A stretch of DNA of 54,780 bases from Nemertoderma westbladi. Taxonomy: Eukaryota; Animalia; Xenacoelomorpha. The DNA is taken from assembly GCA_032718475.1 (NCBI GenBank), contig JAUCBJ010005212.1:1-54780 (forward strand), given 5' to 3'. The translations under genes were made by a program, and so were the position numbers. A model generated the notes under the pieces. That model saw only the letters and a program-made list of their open reading frames with translations. It was not told where the DNA came from and searched no databases. Shown here in pieces: positions 37,770-51,017 of the stretch (positions within the stretch are counted from its first letter, which is position 1; each line of letters opens with the position of its first letter).

Positions 37770-38860
37770 TGTCGCGACTGGAGCTTATATAGAACGTTTG
37801 TGAATTGCGTAACGTCATATTATCTTGCATTAATTTATTTGATAATATTATAGTGATTTAGGCGTCATATTTTTATGTTAATATTGTTAATTATTTAGTT
37901 GAATTATCTCCATAAAGTATCTTACATTGATTTATGATATTTATTTATGCTAAAGTTAAATGTATTTTATAGAATGTGTATTTATTAGGGAATATTTGAT
38001 TTAATGTTTGGTGAGTTTCTAGTGGTATTTAGCAGTAATATTATTGCTTGGTGTAGGCTTACTTGCCTTTGTAATTATTGCGTTAGTTGAGTATAGATTA
38101 TTTTGTGCTGTAGTTACATTGAATTTAATCATTATTAGCCTCTGTTGGTTGTAGGAGTAATCTGGGGGCCAATATTTTCCTTCTGGGAGTGAGATAGAGG
38201 GTGAGCGGGTATATTGATTGGAGTGCCTTTGTGGTGTGTTTGCTTCGCTGGTTCTTGTAACTATAGTTCTTTATGTAGAGATGCACTCAGTTGTATTACT
38301 CTATTGTCGTAAAGGTCAAACTGGTTATAGCCAGCCCGAATGTTTGTAAGAGTAACAGTGCAGTTTATTGCTCGGTTATTAATTAACACATTTTCAGTAG
38401 ATAATATTGGGTTGGATTTGTTGTATATAAACCGATATTCTGGGTTTCATTTCTTCAGTAGCCTACGGAACCCCAGCCAAGCAGAAGGATGTTTTTTATT
38501 ATTATTATTATTTTAGCGACATAGTTTGGGCAATTTATATTGCGGTTGATTATGCGTTTATTATTATGCCTTAATTATTTATATTATATTCACTATATTG
38601 TCATAATATTTTTACTGATTGTAACATCGTATTGTAAACCACGATAACCTTAAGTACGTAAATATATAAAACTTTATATGATTGTTTTTATAACCTTATG
38701 TTTTTATAACTTTATTTTATTGCCACGTAGTCCCCCACGTCCCCGTCCTAACCAAAGTGTGGCTCTATAAACCTTACCCTTCCCCCCCAACCCCCACAAA
38801 GAATCCTCTTAGTTCACACCCCGCGATGTCGCGGGTTGTTGGCGTGTTTTAGCGCGCACA
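37770..38860. mobile_element. Solo LTR of a third family (1091 bp), TSD GTAGT
   Basis: GTAGT|TGTCGCGAC...AGCGCGCACA|GTAGT. The empty site GCAGTAGTTCCAG is seen in the LINE copy at ~10330. Non-coding and AT-rich. Confidence 0.9.
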
Positions 38861-39305
38861 GTAGTTCCAGTACTCCTCTATGGGAGTCCATGCTGGGCTC
38901 TAACTGCTGAGGACACCAAATCTCTGGATGGCACATTCACAAGAATGCTACGCTGCATTCATGGTGTCAAGTTAAATGCACACATCTCCAACCAGACACT
39001 ATATAGCATTGGAGGTGTCTCATTGGTTCCCCCAAGCTTGACACTAGAACAAAATCGCCTCCGCTTTGCAGGACATTGCTTTCGCCGTGTGGACCAGCCA
39101 GTGCATAATCTTGTACTTTGGCAGACTCATGGAGTGAATAAGCATGGTGGACAGCCCATGACTTTCTTGAGACGCATCTTAAAGGACACTGGCCTTGAAG
39201 ATGCGGATGATCTAGCAAATGTCATGGGTGATAGGGAGTTGTCGGTAAGCCGGCACAGCATTCTTAAAAATGTAGCTGCAATGCAGCATGCCGATCCTAG
39301 TAGTA
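38861..39305 (+). mobile_element. RTE-like LINE, segment 3 (3' end)
   Basis: VPVLLYGSPCW...RLRFAGHCFRR...; ends GCCGATCCTAGTAGT. Confidence 0.93.
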
Positions 39306-39490
39306 ACAAATTACAAGCGGCAATAATACTTACAACTTTTTAATTGCATGAAGCAATTTTGTGTGTCCATTGGAAATTTATGAAGCTTCATACGACAATA
39401 AATTGTCAAACTTAATCTGCAAAATGTAAAATATTAATATAATATAAAAACAGGACAATATTTGTTGTATACTGAATATGTGTTAAATCA

Positions 39491-39550
39491 CGGCATAGCA
39501 TTCTTAAAAATGCAGCTGCAATGCAGCATGCCGATCCTAGTAGTAGTAGT
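39491..39550 (+). mobile_element. 60-bp extreme 3' fragment of the same LINE
   Basis: CGGCATAGCATTCTTAAAAATGCAGCTGCAATGCAGCATGCCGATCC(TAG)n. Confidence 0.85.
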
Positions 39551-40089
39551 CTGCTATTCCTGTCGGCAGTATTGTTACACTAGTCTGTTGATCCACTAGC
39601 TCGTATATAAACCATATAAATCACACCGCGGCAAGTTTACAGTATTTAGGTCGATTAGCGATAGTTAGGATTCGCTGCACGGGGATTGTTTTCCCGTGAG
39701 TTTGGTCTGTCACTGTAGACTGTACACTGTAGACTGCCTTACCGGTTAGAGGCCGTGTATCCTGTTTTGTCTAGTTCGCCCGGGCATTTGACTCGCCCAC
39801 GTATTAGAATAGACACCAGGCTACGTTCCTCGCCAGTAGTAGTTTGCGTATTTAGTATCTGTTTGTTTAGACACCCTGGACTGGGATTTATTGTCAGATA
39901 CTGTACGAGCCCGTATACACAACTAGATCCTACAGTAAGGTTACGGCTAATGCTACGGAGTTGGGACCGGCGCCAATCAATAGGCAGCATATGGGTTTAC
40001 CTTCACAACTTCGAGTTTGAAGTTGCCCGATCATGATCTTGACCATGATCAGCAAAGATCAGTTTTGATCAGCAATCGGACACTCAAGG

Positions 40090-41316
40090 TGTACGCGCTT
40101 TTGAAGACCTTTAGCAGTTTAACCTGCCAAAATTTATATGTCTTTTGGTTTATAAATAGACTTTAGAAAATGACAAGTATTTAATACCAATAAACACAAC
40201 ATTAGCCGAAGCCAGCCTAGTGCGCGTCCATTCACCCGCTGGATATACCCGGGAGACTGGATTCGGAGGGCTTAGATTGTTATTGCAGTGTAAGCTTACT
40301 GTATTATTCGATTGATCGTTAATAAATAATTTCTGACCAATATTATTCATTTTCGGGAAATATTAACAGTTCCTTTAGGACGTGGCACTCTATCTAGGTA
40401 AACAGAGATATGACTTATACTAAACACAACGGTAAGTCGGTAAGGCTTATGATTCACGTATGAGGCGCATTCTTTAGGAAATGCTTAGTTATCAGTCACA
40501 ATCATGCACACTACAGTTAACACACAATGCTGCACACTAATCTGCCGACCGTCAATGAATTTTATCATATATAAAGAGAACAGCAATTGACTCATGTAGT
40601 GCCTATCAAATAGCATTAAACTCACTACAAACCACGATAATATAAGTCGCAATCGCTATATGTAACCTGTCTCTCTAACCTGTAGTGTATCAAGAAAATT
40701 GGGAAATTTGGGTTCTTTATAAATGTTCTCCAAATAATATTCAACCAACTGATACAAATAATAACAACAGTAAAAAGCATTAAGACGGTAGGTTAAGATA
40801 TGATATGACAATGTATGTGCCGATTGAGTTGGGTTGATAACAGTTATACGCTCTATAATCTAAGCCTACTAATGTTTCTTCTAAAGTCTGAAACGAATTG
40901 ACTCTAGAGCCGGTGTTCCTGGCCTAGATAGAAACAACAAAACTATAACAAGAACTCTCTGACTCTAACACCATTGCAGGTATCTTTTTACACAGAGAGG
41001 GATAGCTCTCATTGGCAGAACACCAGATTCCACAGGTTCCACGAATATCTAAATGCCGAACTATCAGGATTTTTGCAGCCCTTGGCCAACACACAAAATG
41101 AGTCACTCCGCTCGGTTGCCCTGGTTGCATACTCTGCTGCTATAGCTCTGGTTGGCCAATAGAACATAGCAAAGAGCCCCTCGTATAACAAATCAGCCAA
41201 TCAGCCAGTCGCTTTGCATCATTCGAGTTAGAGAGCTTTTTAGAGTATTCCAGCGCCTGGGGGGGAACTGGATTGCAAAGCAAAAGGGCCAGTTACATCC
41301 CACAAAAGCTTTTACA
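40090..41316 (-). repeat. 3' LTR of element 2
   Basis: Direct repeat of 51018-52244; TG..CA termini. Confidence 0.97.
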
Positions 41317-41392
41317 CCGCTCCCAGAAAATGGGATTTGTCTATAAATATACAAAAATCACAGTTTCTAATATACGTAAATACTCTAAACAG

Positions 41393-42994
41393 TTAGTCTT
41401 TCTTGCGCGGACGGCGTTTACGCAGTTTTTTAAAGCTGGCCAGAGTCTTTTTCTCTTTGGGGCGAGCCACTTTACAAGGAGGGCTATAACTCCTGGGTGA
41501 AGGGTGCAATATGATTGCATCAGAGGGTGCAGGATTAGGGTCGGTGTATCCGCCGGTCGAAGTGCCGGGTTGGTTGACATCAACGTCGGGGGAGAGGGTT
41601 CTAACAGCCTTTAGAGCGCGTTTTAGGACGGCCGCTCTTACGGGTCCTTTACGAGTGGTCTGAACGAGAGCCGTGGGTGGACCATAGGCAGTCAGAAACT
41701 TCCTGGGTTTAATGGTTCTTTCCAACTCGCGTTCGTGGGCTCGGTATTCGTAAGGCCGTTGATATACTTCCTGTAACTCGGGGTGTGAGTTAACAAATAA
41801 GTCTCCATAGCTCGGATCCTGACGGATAAAATTGATTAAGTTATAGGAGTGAATGTCGCTAGGATTAATACTCCTGAGAAATTTGCGTACGAACTTGGTT
41901 GAAATACATTCTCCGACGCGCTTCAGTAGTTCGTAACTCGATATGCGTGATTTCTGTTCGACAGAAGCGAATAGATAAGGATGGAACGCATAAACTCCTT
42001 CGTAAGCGCGTCCAGGATAATAACGATGGCGCGAATCACAATGTAAATCAGCGTTCGCTTCCCAAGCTCTGATGTAACGTAGTGTGATCATTTCATCTAC
42101 GCTTTCCAAATCGCGATTAAAAGGGCAATCGAAACTGGCGTGTCCCTTTAGTTGACAATGGTGACATTGAGTCATAAATTGAGGGCAAACCGCAAAAATA
42201 TGCAAGTTATTGAGTCTGCAATACGCGCAATAAATTTCCATCACCGGTTGTTCGTGGAAATAGGAACAGCGGACGTTTGTGTCCTTCAGTTTGTTGGTTG
42301 GGTCTAGGGCATTCGTCACAATAACACCAAAGACGTACGTCCTGTAGAGGAAACGCGGGGATCGTTCTCCAGTTTTGCAATATTCTTCCATTTGTTCAAA
42401 ACTATCCAGGATAACAGGTAGTGGACGATCGGCGGTAAGATACATCATAGTGAAATAGAGCTTGAGAAATAGAGTTTGAGTTCTACCATGGGGTCATGAT
42501 GTATACCTTGAGGATATCGAGTCTTTAGGTTCTGCTGACTGGCGATGTTGAGATAGGTTTCTCTCAAAATTCTAGGTATTCGTTGAAGTCGATGCGTTTA
42601 TCCGGTTCTTCAACGTTTTCTCTTTCCAGTCTGTTACGAATAGAATTTTCGTGTTCTATTCTCGGTTTATCGTTACGACTCCGCTGGGTATGATATTTAA
42701 ATAGAACCATTTCCCTTTCGATGTCTACATCGTCCGTATCATGAAATCGATAGGATGGCCGGTAGTTAAGAAGTCCATATACGTACCATTACGATGCGTA
42801 TAGCGAGCGGTGAATTTTCGATAGTCCAATTCACGCGTAAGTTGCTCTTGGGACATTGGCGGTTCGATATAACGACCATCGTCCTCCGTAATGGTTGGAT
42901 CGGCTTCACCGCGTATTAAGCTATCCACAAATGCTTGTAAAGGTAGAGTATATCGCTCCCTGATACCAAGATCATCTTCTATCAACTCCGTCAT
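41393..42994 (-). CDS. Accessory gene copy C: 351-aa open segment with twin CCHC knuckles, plus frameshifted upstream part
   Basis: ORFs 41393-42448 and 42725-42994, linked by sequence homologous to copy A. C-x2-C-x5-H-x4-C-x6-C-x2-C-x4-H-x4-C motif. Basic C-terminus KKLRKRRPRKKD. Confidence 0.75.
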
Positions 42995-44622
42995 ATCTGC
43001 TATTTGGGTTTATTAATATTATAAAGAGTTTATGTTTAGGCGAGCGGGCGTCGCTGCCTACCTTTCTTTGCCCCCGGACAGTGGGATTCTCAGCGCCGAT
43101 GTACCGTCGTCGCGGTGTTTACGCCAACATGTAGCAACAGCACGACAACGATAACCGGCACAAGTCACTCCACTGTCCGTCCCAAAGGCTTGAATCCACT
43201 TTAGGTTCTTTCTATAATAGAGTTAGGCTGCTTTCACAATTGCGACTAGCTACTGTAAACAAACTTTAGCATTAACATTCACCTACAAACGCACAAATTC
43301 CACACAACTGTCACCAATTGTACACATACAGGCCATTTGTCCGTTAGTCAGTGCCTTCCAGAATGTCACGTTATTATTGTGTATCCTTGGATACTAACAG
43401 TGTGCTATGCATTCTCTATGCTAGGCAATGGGACAAGCTTTCTATTGTTCTTTTAACTTGCTTCTAATTCTAGCGTGGGTGTTGCTATGGTGACATTATG
43501 GAAAGCTAGCGGTAGAATTAGGGTAATTCCAATGCATACAGATCTGGAATGCTATTTAATAGTAATTCTTTAATTGTCAATATCCTCTTTATGTATTATT
43601 TTATTAATTTTATCGGCTATTGACTATATGTTGGAGATTCTCGCACTCTAATACACTCAATAGGATGAATCTCCGCTCCCATGATCTATTAATTAATGGA
43701 ATTTTGGGAATGTTATAAATTACACAAATGACAATTTATGAAATTCATTTAAGATATGAAGTTAAATTTATTCCCGTGAATTTTATTATTTGATGTTAAA
43801 ATTGACACAATTTTTATTCCAGAGCATGTCTGGGGACTGAGGATCCTGAATTCTATAAAATTGTCTTTTAAGAGTATCGGTAAGTGCTACGATATCTTAA
43901 TTGACTATAAATTTTAAAGGATCTAAATTTTACAGATTTTAATAAATATTAAATTAATATTTAAGATGGGCACCGATTTATTCCAGAACTTGTCTGGGGA
44001 CGTTAACCACTGATTCTAGAATTTGTCTTTCAAGTATATCGGTGGGTGCCGCGATATCTTAATCGACTAGAATTACAGATGGTCAAAAGGTTTAACATAT
44101 TTATTTGCGTTTTACGCTACTGTTATAGGGACATCACGCTACTATATGTATTATTTAATATAAAGTAGAAGAGCAATATCGCACGAAGCAATGTCAGTAT
44201 GAAGAGGCAAGTCGTTTCCAAGGTCTACCCAGAGCTTGGTTTAGCCGAGACACGAGGATCTGAACTTTGCATTCCTAATACTCTGCCTACCAATAATACT
44301 TAAGTATAGTAGGAGCTTTATTGTACTTTAATAAGTACGGACATTTCATCTTACTGTAGTCACGTATTTATAATATGATACGGACAGTAAGGAAAGAGAA
44401 AAAATAATTATTTCTCGCCGTCGTACTAAATATATTATAAGTAATTACGTACGTAATAAACACTAATATATTGCACTAATCTACTAAATAATCACTAAAA
44501 TAACATTCTACTAAATAAAATTAAAGGAAACGATTATAATAAAATTACATAATAATACATACATAAATATAAAATAAAAACAAATATAAAATGATATAGT
44601 CACACGCCCACTCCATATGTTA

Positions 44623-47600
44623 TTACGTTATGGAGTCCCTAGATATTTGTCGGATTAGGGAAGTGGTCGTAGGAAGAGTATCTTGCCTTCCATAGTTTCC
44701 GGACAGTTTTTGGTCTCTTTCCAGTAAACATAAACGACTAGCTGGGCGATTGAGTTGTTGTGTTACTTTCTCCGCTCCTTTGGCCTGTCTAATCTCCGCC
44801 GTGTTAAGATGAGAAGGCCATTCTTCTTCTTCTTTACTTAAGAAGTCGGATCCACCTAACCAGCCTGGAGTATCTATCAGTTCTTGAGGAGTTGCTCCTC
44901 TGGAAGCGATGTCGGCTGGATTAATCGTCCCAAGGCAATGTCTCCATTGATCTACATTGGAGTTAATATCGTCATTATCTGAGGAGTATGGTGTTCCCTC
45001 AGTTGGATCGTCCACATCACTGCTCTCCACTTCCCATTCCTTTACTTGGTATACCTGTTGTTGAGGTAATCTCTCTTTGAGAGTTCTACGGGAAGGGCCA
45101 GTGAAGTACCAACCTACTCTAGTTCTTACCGCATAGGTTTGTAGTGGCTGCGGTTGAGCAGGCCATTTCTCCAATGTATCGAGCGCCTCATGCGCGTTTT
45201 GGCCGATGAGTATTTGCACTCCAGGATAATCTGTCTGGAATCGAGGTATCTTAAGCTGTTGGATGCTCTCGTCCTCGTCCCAGTTATAAGGTTCTACTTG
45301 GGTAGTAGCAAAGTTCTTTATAGCCACCATTTTTACTGACCTTATACTTTGTGCTCCTAATTTATCCTGGGGGGTGGACAACGCACCTACATAGTAATCT
45401 GCCGTTATGGTAGATTTCCAAACCTGCTTAATTCCGGACATATTCAACTTAGTTTGGAATTTGGGTTGTCCAGCAAAGATATCTTCGGCTAGTTCTTGAT
45501 CGATGAATGTTCCTGTGCTGCCGGAGTCAAGGAGGGCGTTCACTATGTAACTTTTGGTAGGACCGTGAACTCTTACCTGCACTACAGGAAATTCTCTGAT
45601 TCCTACGTTGGAAGTTGGAGCTTTCCAAGATGGTTGTCTGTCAAAGGTAGTTGGGGGGAACTCATTGTCGGTGTCCTTTTCGTAAGTAAGTGCTCGATAC
45701 GCCGCGGTATTGATTAGGTAACAGGATTCGTTGGCGTCGGAGAATTCGTCAGTATAGAATCCTTCCATCTCAGACTCTTGATCAGTGTCATTTACATCAT
45801 TGAATTGGACATGTAGTTCGGGCTCACTTACCTGACTCGGGTTGTTTCGTTCGAATTCACTGTATAACAAGATGTGATGTTTCGCACCGCACTTTGCACA
45901 CTTTACGTCGGAGTAACAGGTTCGCCGTTGGTGTCCTTGTCTGAGGCAATTATAGCATAACCGCTTATCCCACATGACTTCACGTCTGTCTACCAGGGAT
46001 TTCTTTAGGAATTCAGCACACACACTCAAACGGTGGGGCCCGTCGCACAGCGCACATTTTGGTTTGATGTTACTCACTTTACCTTGGGTAACGTTATGCA
46101 CTCTCGTTCTTTCTTCGGGCTTTCTTCCGTGAATTCTCTTAGGAGACGCAGGAGGAGTTGTTGTTACCTGTTCTCTCCTGTCACTGGTTCGAGACTTATA
46201 TTTACTTACGTCTTTATAGGTCTTGTTGTCATAGTAAGATTTTGCTGTGTCTTTCCCGCTGTCCTCTTCTTGAGAAGGTTGGCTTTCGCCGTCGTCAGTA
46301 TAACACACTGGTATTATCCTTCTCCTAGAAACGGGTTTCTCACTTACCTTATTTTCCGATGTTTTCTCTCTGGACTGCTTTATGAGTTGTAATTTTACTT
46401 CACTATCTAAGAAGGACATGAGATCGGCCATGGTAGGGCTTCGTCGTTGCTGCTCATTCATATACAACACTTTCTTGTCCCAGCGTGTACATACTCCACC
46501 CTTTGGTAAAGTAGAGACTACGGCTCCAATAACCATGGAACTCTGATATTCATGAGACTTACCTAACCAGTCCAATTGTCTACAGATCTCCTGAATCTCA
46601 TCGGAAAACTCTATAATCCCGCTACTAAGGAAGTTTCGGGGGGCTACTAATTTTGCATACAAATACTTAGCTATGTTATCCTTGTTACCATACCTGATGT
46701 TTAATGTATCCCAAACTTGTCTTAATCCTTCTGGATGTCCAATAAACTTTAACGCCATTAACTTGGGAGGTCCTTCCAAGCACTTGATGAGGAATCTAAG
46801 TTTCTCTCCGTTAGATAGTACAGAGTTCTGTATGCTATCTTTGTAATATTCATTAAAAGGTAACCATTTCATCTCATCTCCATTGAATTTGACGATTTCT
46901 CCCACTTTGACCGCTTGGCGGGCTTCTGTTCTAGCCATCTGACGCGTAAAGCTTTCTTGGGCCATCGTGTTATTTAATATCGAATTATCGGTATATAAAT
47001 TTCCCGGATTATTATCAGGTCTATAGGGAATATCATTAACAACAGGTTTATAATCACCCTTAATAGGGTTTGCTATAGGAGTTTCTACTTCACTAGCAGT
47101 ATAGATGCGTGTAGGCTCCACACCTTGCGCATGTAATACTTCAGACCTAACAGGTTGATACAATGTTACAGGAGGTATTGGTATACCCTTTTGTATATTG
47201 ACTAATTTGTCGCGTTCCAGCGCGATGCTTTGCTGCACTTCTTGCAATTCTGCCCTACTTTCCCTTACTGTTCCCTTAAGTTGGTAGACAGTCTCCTGCA
47301 TCTGTCCGAGCAGGAGATTCATCCCCCGCCGTCCCTCCTCTACCCACTCGACCGCCGAAGCGGGAGTCGCCAACATTGTAGCGGGCTGACGCGGGACGAC
47401 GGGAGACAAATCTTTGATTTCTCTCTCAGCTTCCAGGACAGGGATATTCTCATGGACTGTTCTACCGGGTACAGGCAGTGTAGTACTGTGTAAAGGGAAT
47501 TTAGAGTTAAGCTCTGGAAGTACAGGGGTCTCTAGCACAGGAGTGGCTTTGGGAACGACAGGCCTAATTATTTCAGGCTCATCAACTATTGTAGGGAGTC

Positions 47601-48720
47601 TTTTGACCTGAATAATTTGTTCTGTGGGTTCTGTACTACCTAAGTCTGTGCTAGCTAGTTGTCTTCTAACCGCTGGGGGCAAATCAGGCAATTTGTGACG
47701 GTGAGATGTTTTTCTACGCCTGCTTAGACGAGATCTATTTCCTCCGCCTTCAGGATCAGTGGTCTCGCCTTCCTCCGATGATGTGTATCCTTGGCGCTTG
47801 GGAGTAGATCGACTCCTCATCTGCATTTGACTAGCAGTTAACTGTTTATTTATGCAGTCTTGCGTCTCTTGAAGATTTTCCAACTCCAGTTGTGTGGTCT
47901 CTTCAGACGCTCTCTGTTCTGCTTCTGCCAATGCCATTGCTGCTGCTGCTTTGGCTGCTTCTACTGCCGCTGCCGCTTTTGCCGCTGCTACTGCCTCTTC
48001 CACTGCCGCTGCCGCTTTTGCCTCTTCCACTGCCGCTGCCGCTTTCGCCGCTGCTACTGCCTTTCTGTCCTCTATCCGTTTTTTCTTTACTTGTTCTTCT
48101 TGGACTCTAGCGAGGCGGAGCTTTTCATCAAATTTAGCTTTGTTTGCAGCCAACATTTCCGCATCGATTGCGTCCAACACAAGCTTGGTTCCTTAACTAT
48201 TAGGGCGAAGTCCAGACAGTCGTCTCCTCAACTCTTCGTCTCCTATGAATCGCTGATAGTCTGACAGATAGATGTCAATGGCGTCTCTAGTTCGCGGCTT
48301 CTCTGCTGCTGTTAATTCGCTTTCCACTTCGCTTTCCATCTCGCTTTCCATCTCATAAACCGTATCCGCCATCTTCGCTCCGCGTTCGGGCGTCCGCTCA
48401 ACAGTATCCGAACTACCGGAGCTATCGGGCCGCTGAGAACTAGGTTCTTGGCTAGGAGGTTGCTGCTGTTTTATAGCTTCTTCTTGATCCCGCTTGACTT
48501 GGGCCCGAGTGCCTATGGCAGACCAACGGCGCTTTACTAACTTCGCAAATTGCGAAATCGCTCCTACCAACCTAGGTTCTGACACAACCACTGCAGGGGT
48601 TGCCCTTCTTACAGTATGAGGGGTTTCAGACCTCGGTCTGGGATTCTCTACACTTTGATCTGAGAAACAGGCTGTTGTTTCTAGGAGACTATCTGACAGA
48701 GTTTGCCTTGTGTCAGCCAT
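44623..48720 (-). CDS. BEL/Pao Gag-protease polyprotein (1365 codons; single premature stop GAA>TAA at ~48193), no RT/RH/IN
   Basis: ORFs 48193-48720 and 44623-48180 are in the same frame. Same domains as 28959-33076. Confidence 0.93.
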
Positions 48721-50789
48721 GTTTGATTGTACAGTTGAATGCCTACTGCTATATTACAGTTAAAGCAAGTCTAGTAATTCAGTATCACTGTTAGCCTAAT
48801 AATTAATTACCGATACTGCTACTCAGTGTAGCGTGATATATATATAATATATTAGAATACCGGTATGCTTATAATATATATATAAGTATTATTACAGACT
48901 AGATTTGTCACAGAGTACCGGTATATAAATTTAGCACAAATATATATAAATATATAATAGGCCTATCGTGAATACCGGTATACAGCTGACACTTATAGTA
49001 TATATAAGTATAATTATTACAGACTAGAATTAATTACAGAATACCGGTATGATTTCAGCCTAAATTTATAGATTAAATATAATAAGCCTATTGTAAATAC
49101 CGGTATGTCAATTATTTTAAAAATAATTGAATTTCTGAATGTTAGGGGTTACTTGGTTACTTTACTTACTTTATTACCGTTATTTGAGCAGCAGTCCAAC
49201 TGATATTAAGACCTAAGTGTTGTATAACAGGCCTACTATTTTATTAATAGATTTAGTGGATTTATATGTACCCTTATGAGGGGTTTTGTTACAATATTGA
49301 AATAGATGTTATTATTTCTGGGAAGTAATCACTACACAAAAGCTGTGCGCTCTCAGTGAAGTGCTACTTATTGGACACTAAAACAAATAATTCTACTTCC
49401 TAAGTTACTTATCTACGAATTACTTACGATACGGGTGAGATTAATTCTCTAACTAAACACAAGAAAAATATTACGTACGAAATTTTAGGGTAATTTTACA
49501 GGAAGTCTACAAACCAGCCTAACAAAGGGTTAGAAATCTGGTTATTACAACGGACAGGGTACTACAGTATTTGAAAATAATAAGTAGTAGTAAATATGTT
49601 GCGCTGTCCAGATAGGAAAAATACCACCGTCTGACGACCTATAGCCGTATCGCTATAGGTACTACATTATGTATCACGGAGTGTTCCTACCTAGAAGTTA
49701 ATTACCGCGGACTACCAGATCCAACGTGCCTATTAACCACTTTACAACACAATACACTGCCTACACACTAATTACCTTCGGAAAGCACTGTACACTAAAC
49801 CCTAAATTAGGTACAAGTACTTGTACAACAAATAATCAGTAGTTAAAAATACTTGAACAGCTAAATGAACCACGGCATCTGCTGGAGTGACCGGTGCACA
49901 AGATCACCAGTCTTTACCTACGCCAAGCAGCCCATGTAGTACCGGGGTTAATTTAACTATAACGGTATATATAACAAGCACAATTACTGTAGGAATAAAC
50001 TTAGGGATATGAATGTTGCGAATAATCGCATAAACTCTGAATAATAAATATTACGCTACCCGTACAGAATACTCAAACAGAATACAAACCAAACGCTGGC
50101 AGACTACCACCAAGCCTAAATAAACTACAGTATGTGCAGATTCCGAAATGGTTAGTTAGTATGCGTTCTAACACGGTAGTACGACTTATTCTTTAAGAGG
50201 GGATTGACCTTACAGCTCTGGCTGCCCCAACTTACTAACTGGCACTTTATCAGACAAACTCTACACACGCAGCAATCTCTTCAGACCTAATAATAGCTAG
50301 ACAACAATCCAGCCTACAAAATATCTGAGTAATAACTATTACGGTACCTGAACAGACCACACAAACAAACACAGACTAAAACGCTGGCAGACTACTATCA
50401 AGCCTAAATAAACTACAGTATGTGCAGATTCCAAAATGGTTAGTTAGTATGCGTTCTAACACGGTAGTACGACTTATTCTTTAAGAGGGGATTAACCTTA
50501 CAGCTCTGGCTGCCCCAACTTACTAACTGGCACTTTATCGGACAAACTCTACACACGCCGCAATCTCTCCAGACCCAACAACAGTCAGACAACAGTCCAG
50601 CCTACAATTATCTGAACAATCTGAGCAGACTTACACGTCTTCTTCTCAATATTAACTTACATGTAAATAAAACCGACAGAAATAAGTAAAATCTCAATAA
50701 AAAACCAGGGCTGCAGTCCCTGATTAAATACTAAGACCTACCGGTATACAATAATCAAAATCGAATAATACTAATGTACTTATACTGGA

Positions 50790-50955
50790 GGTACCGGTTA
50801 GGACAGTTGGGCCTACGGACCTACAGCAGTACCGATTCTGGCAGTTGGGCCTACGGACCTACAGCAGTACCGGTTCAAGCAGTTGGGCCTACGGACCTAC
50901 AGCAGTACCGATTCTGGCAGTTGGGCCTACGGACCTACAACAGTACCGATTCAGG
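50790..50955 (-). repeat. 38-bp leader tandem repeat (4 copies)
   Basis: Reverse complement of 26687-26885 with one fewer unit. Confidence 0.93.
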
Positions 50956-51017
50956 TTTACCGGTCGACCGGTACTTTCAACTTTATTGCTTACTGCAATA
51001 AAGACTATAACTGTTAT

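Noticed and set aside
39551-39990. Possible further repeat (shares GATCCTACAGTAAGGT with ~54569-54584)
   Set aside because: Only one short match; no defensible termini or TSD.
40150-41200. Short ORFs repeated identically at 51078-52128
   Set aside because: They lie in the LTRs; the repetition reflects LTR identity, and the frames are largely not kept in LTR B.
41393-42448. env gene or Nanos zinc finger
   Set aside because: No signal peptide or TM helix, and the CCHC spacing differs from the Nanos pattern.
47860-48264. Cys-rich, Ala-rich and Leu/Pro-rich ORFs on the + strand (also 29474-29848)
   Set aside because: Antisense readings of the Ala/Glu/Lys coiled-coil repeat of gag.
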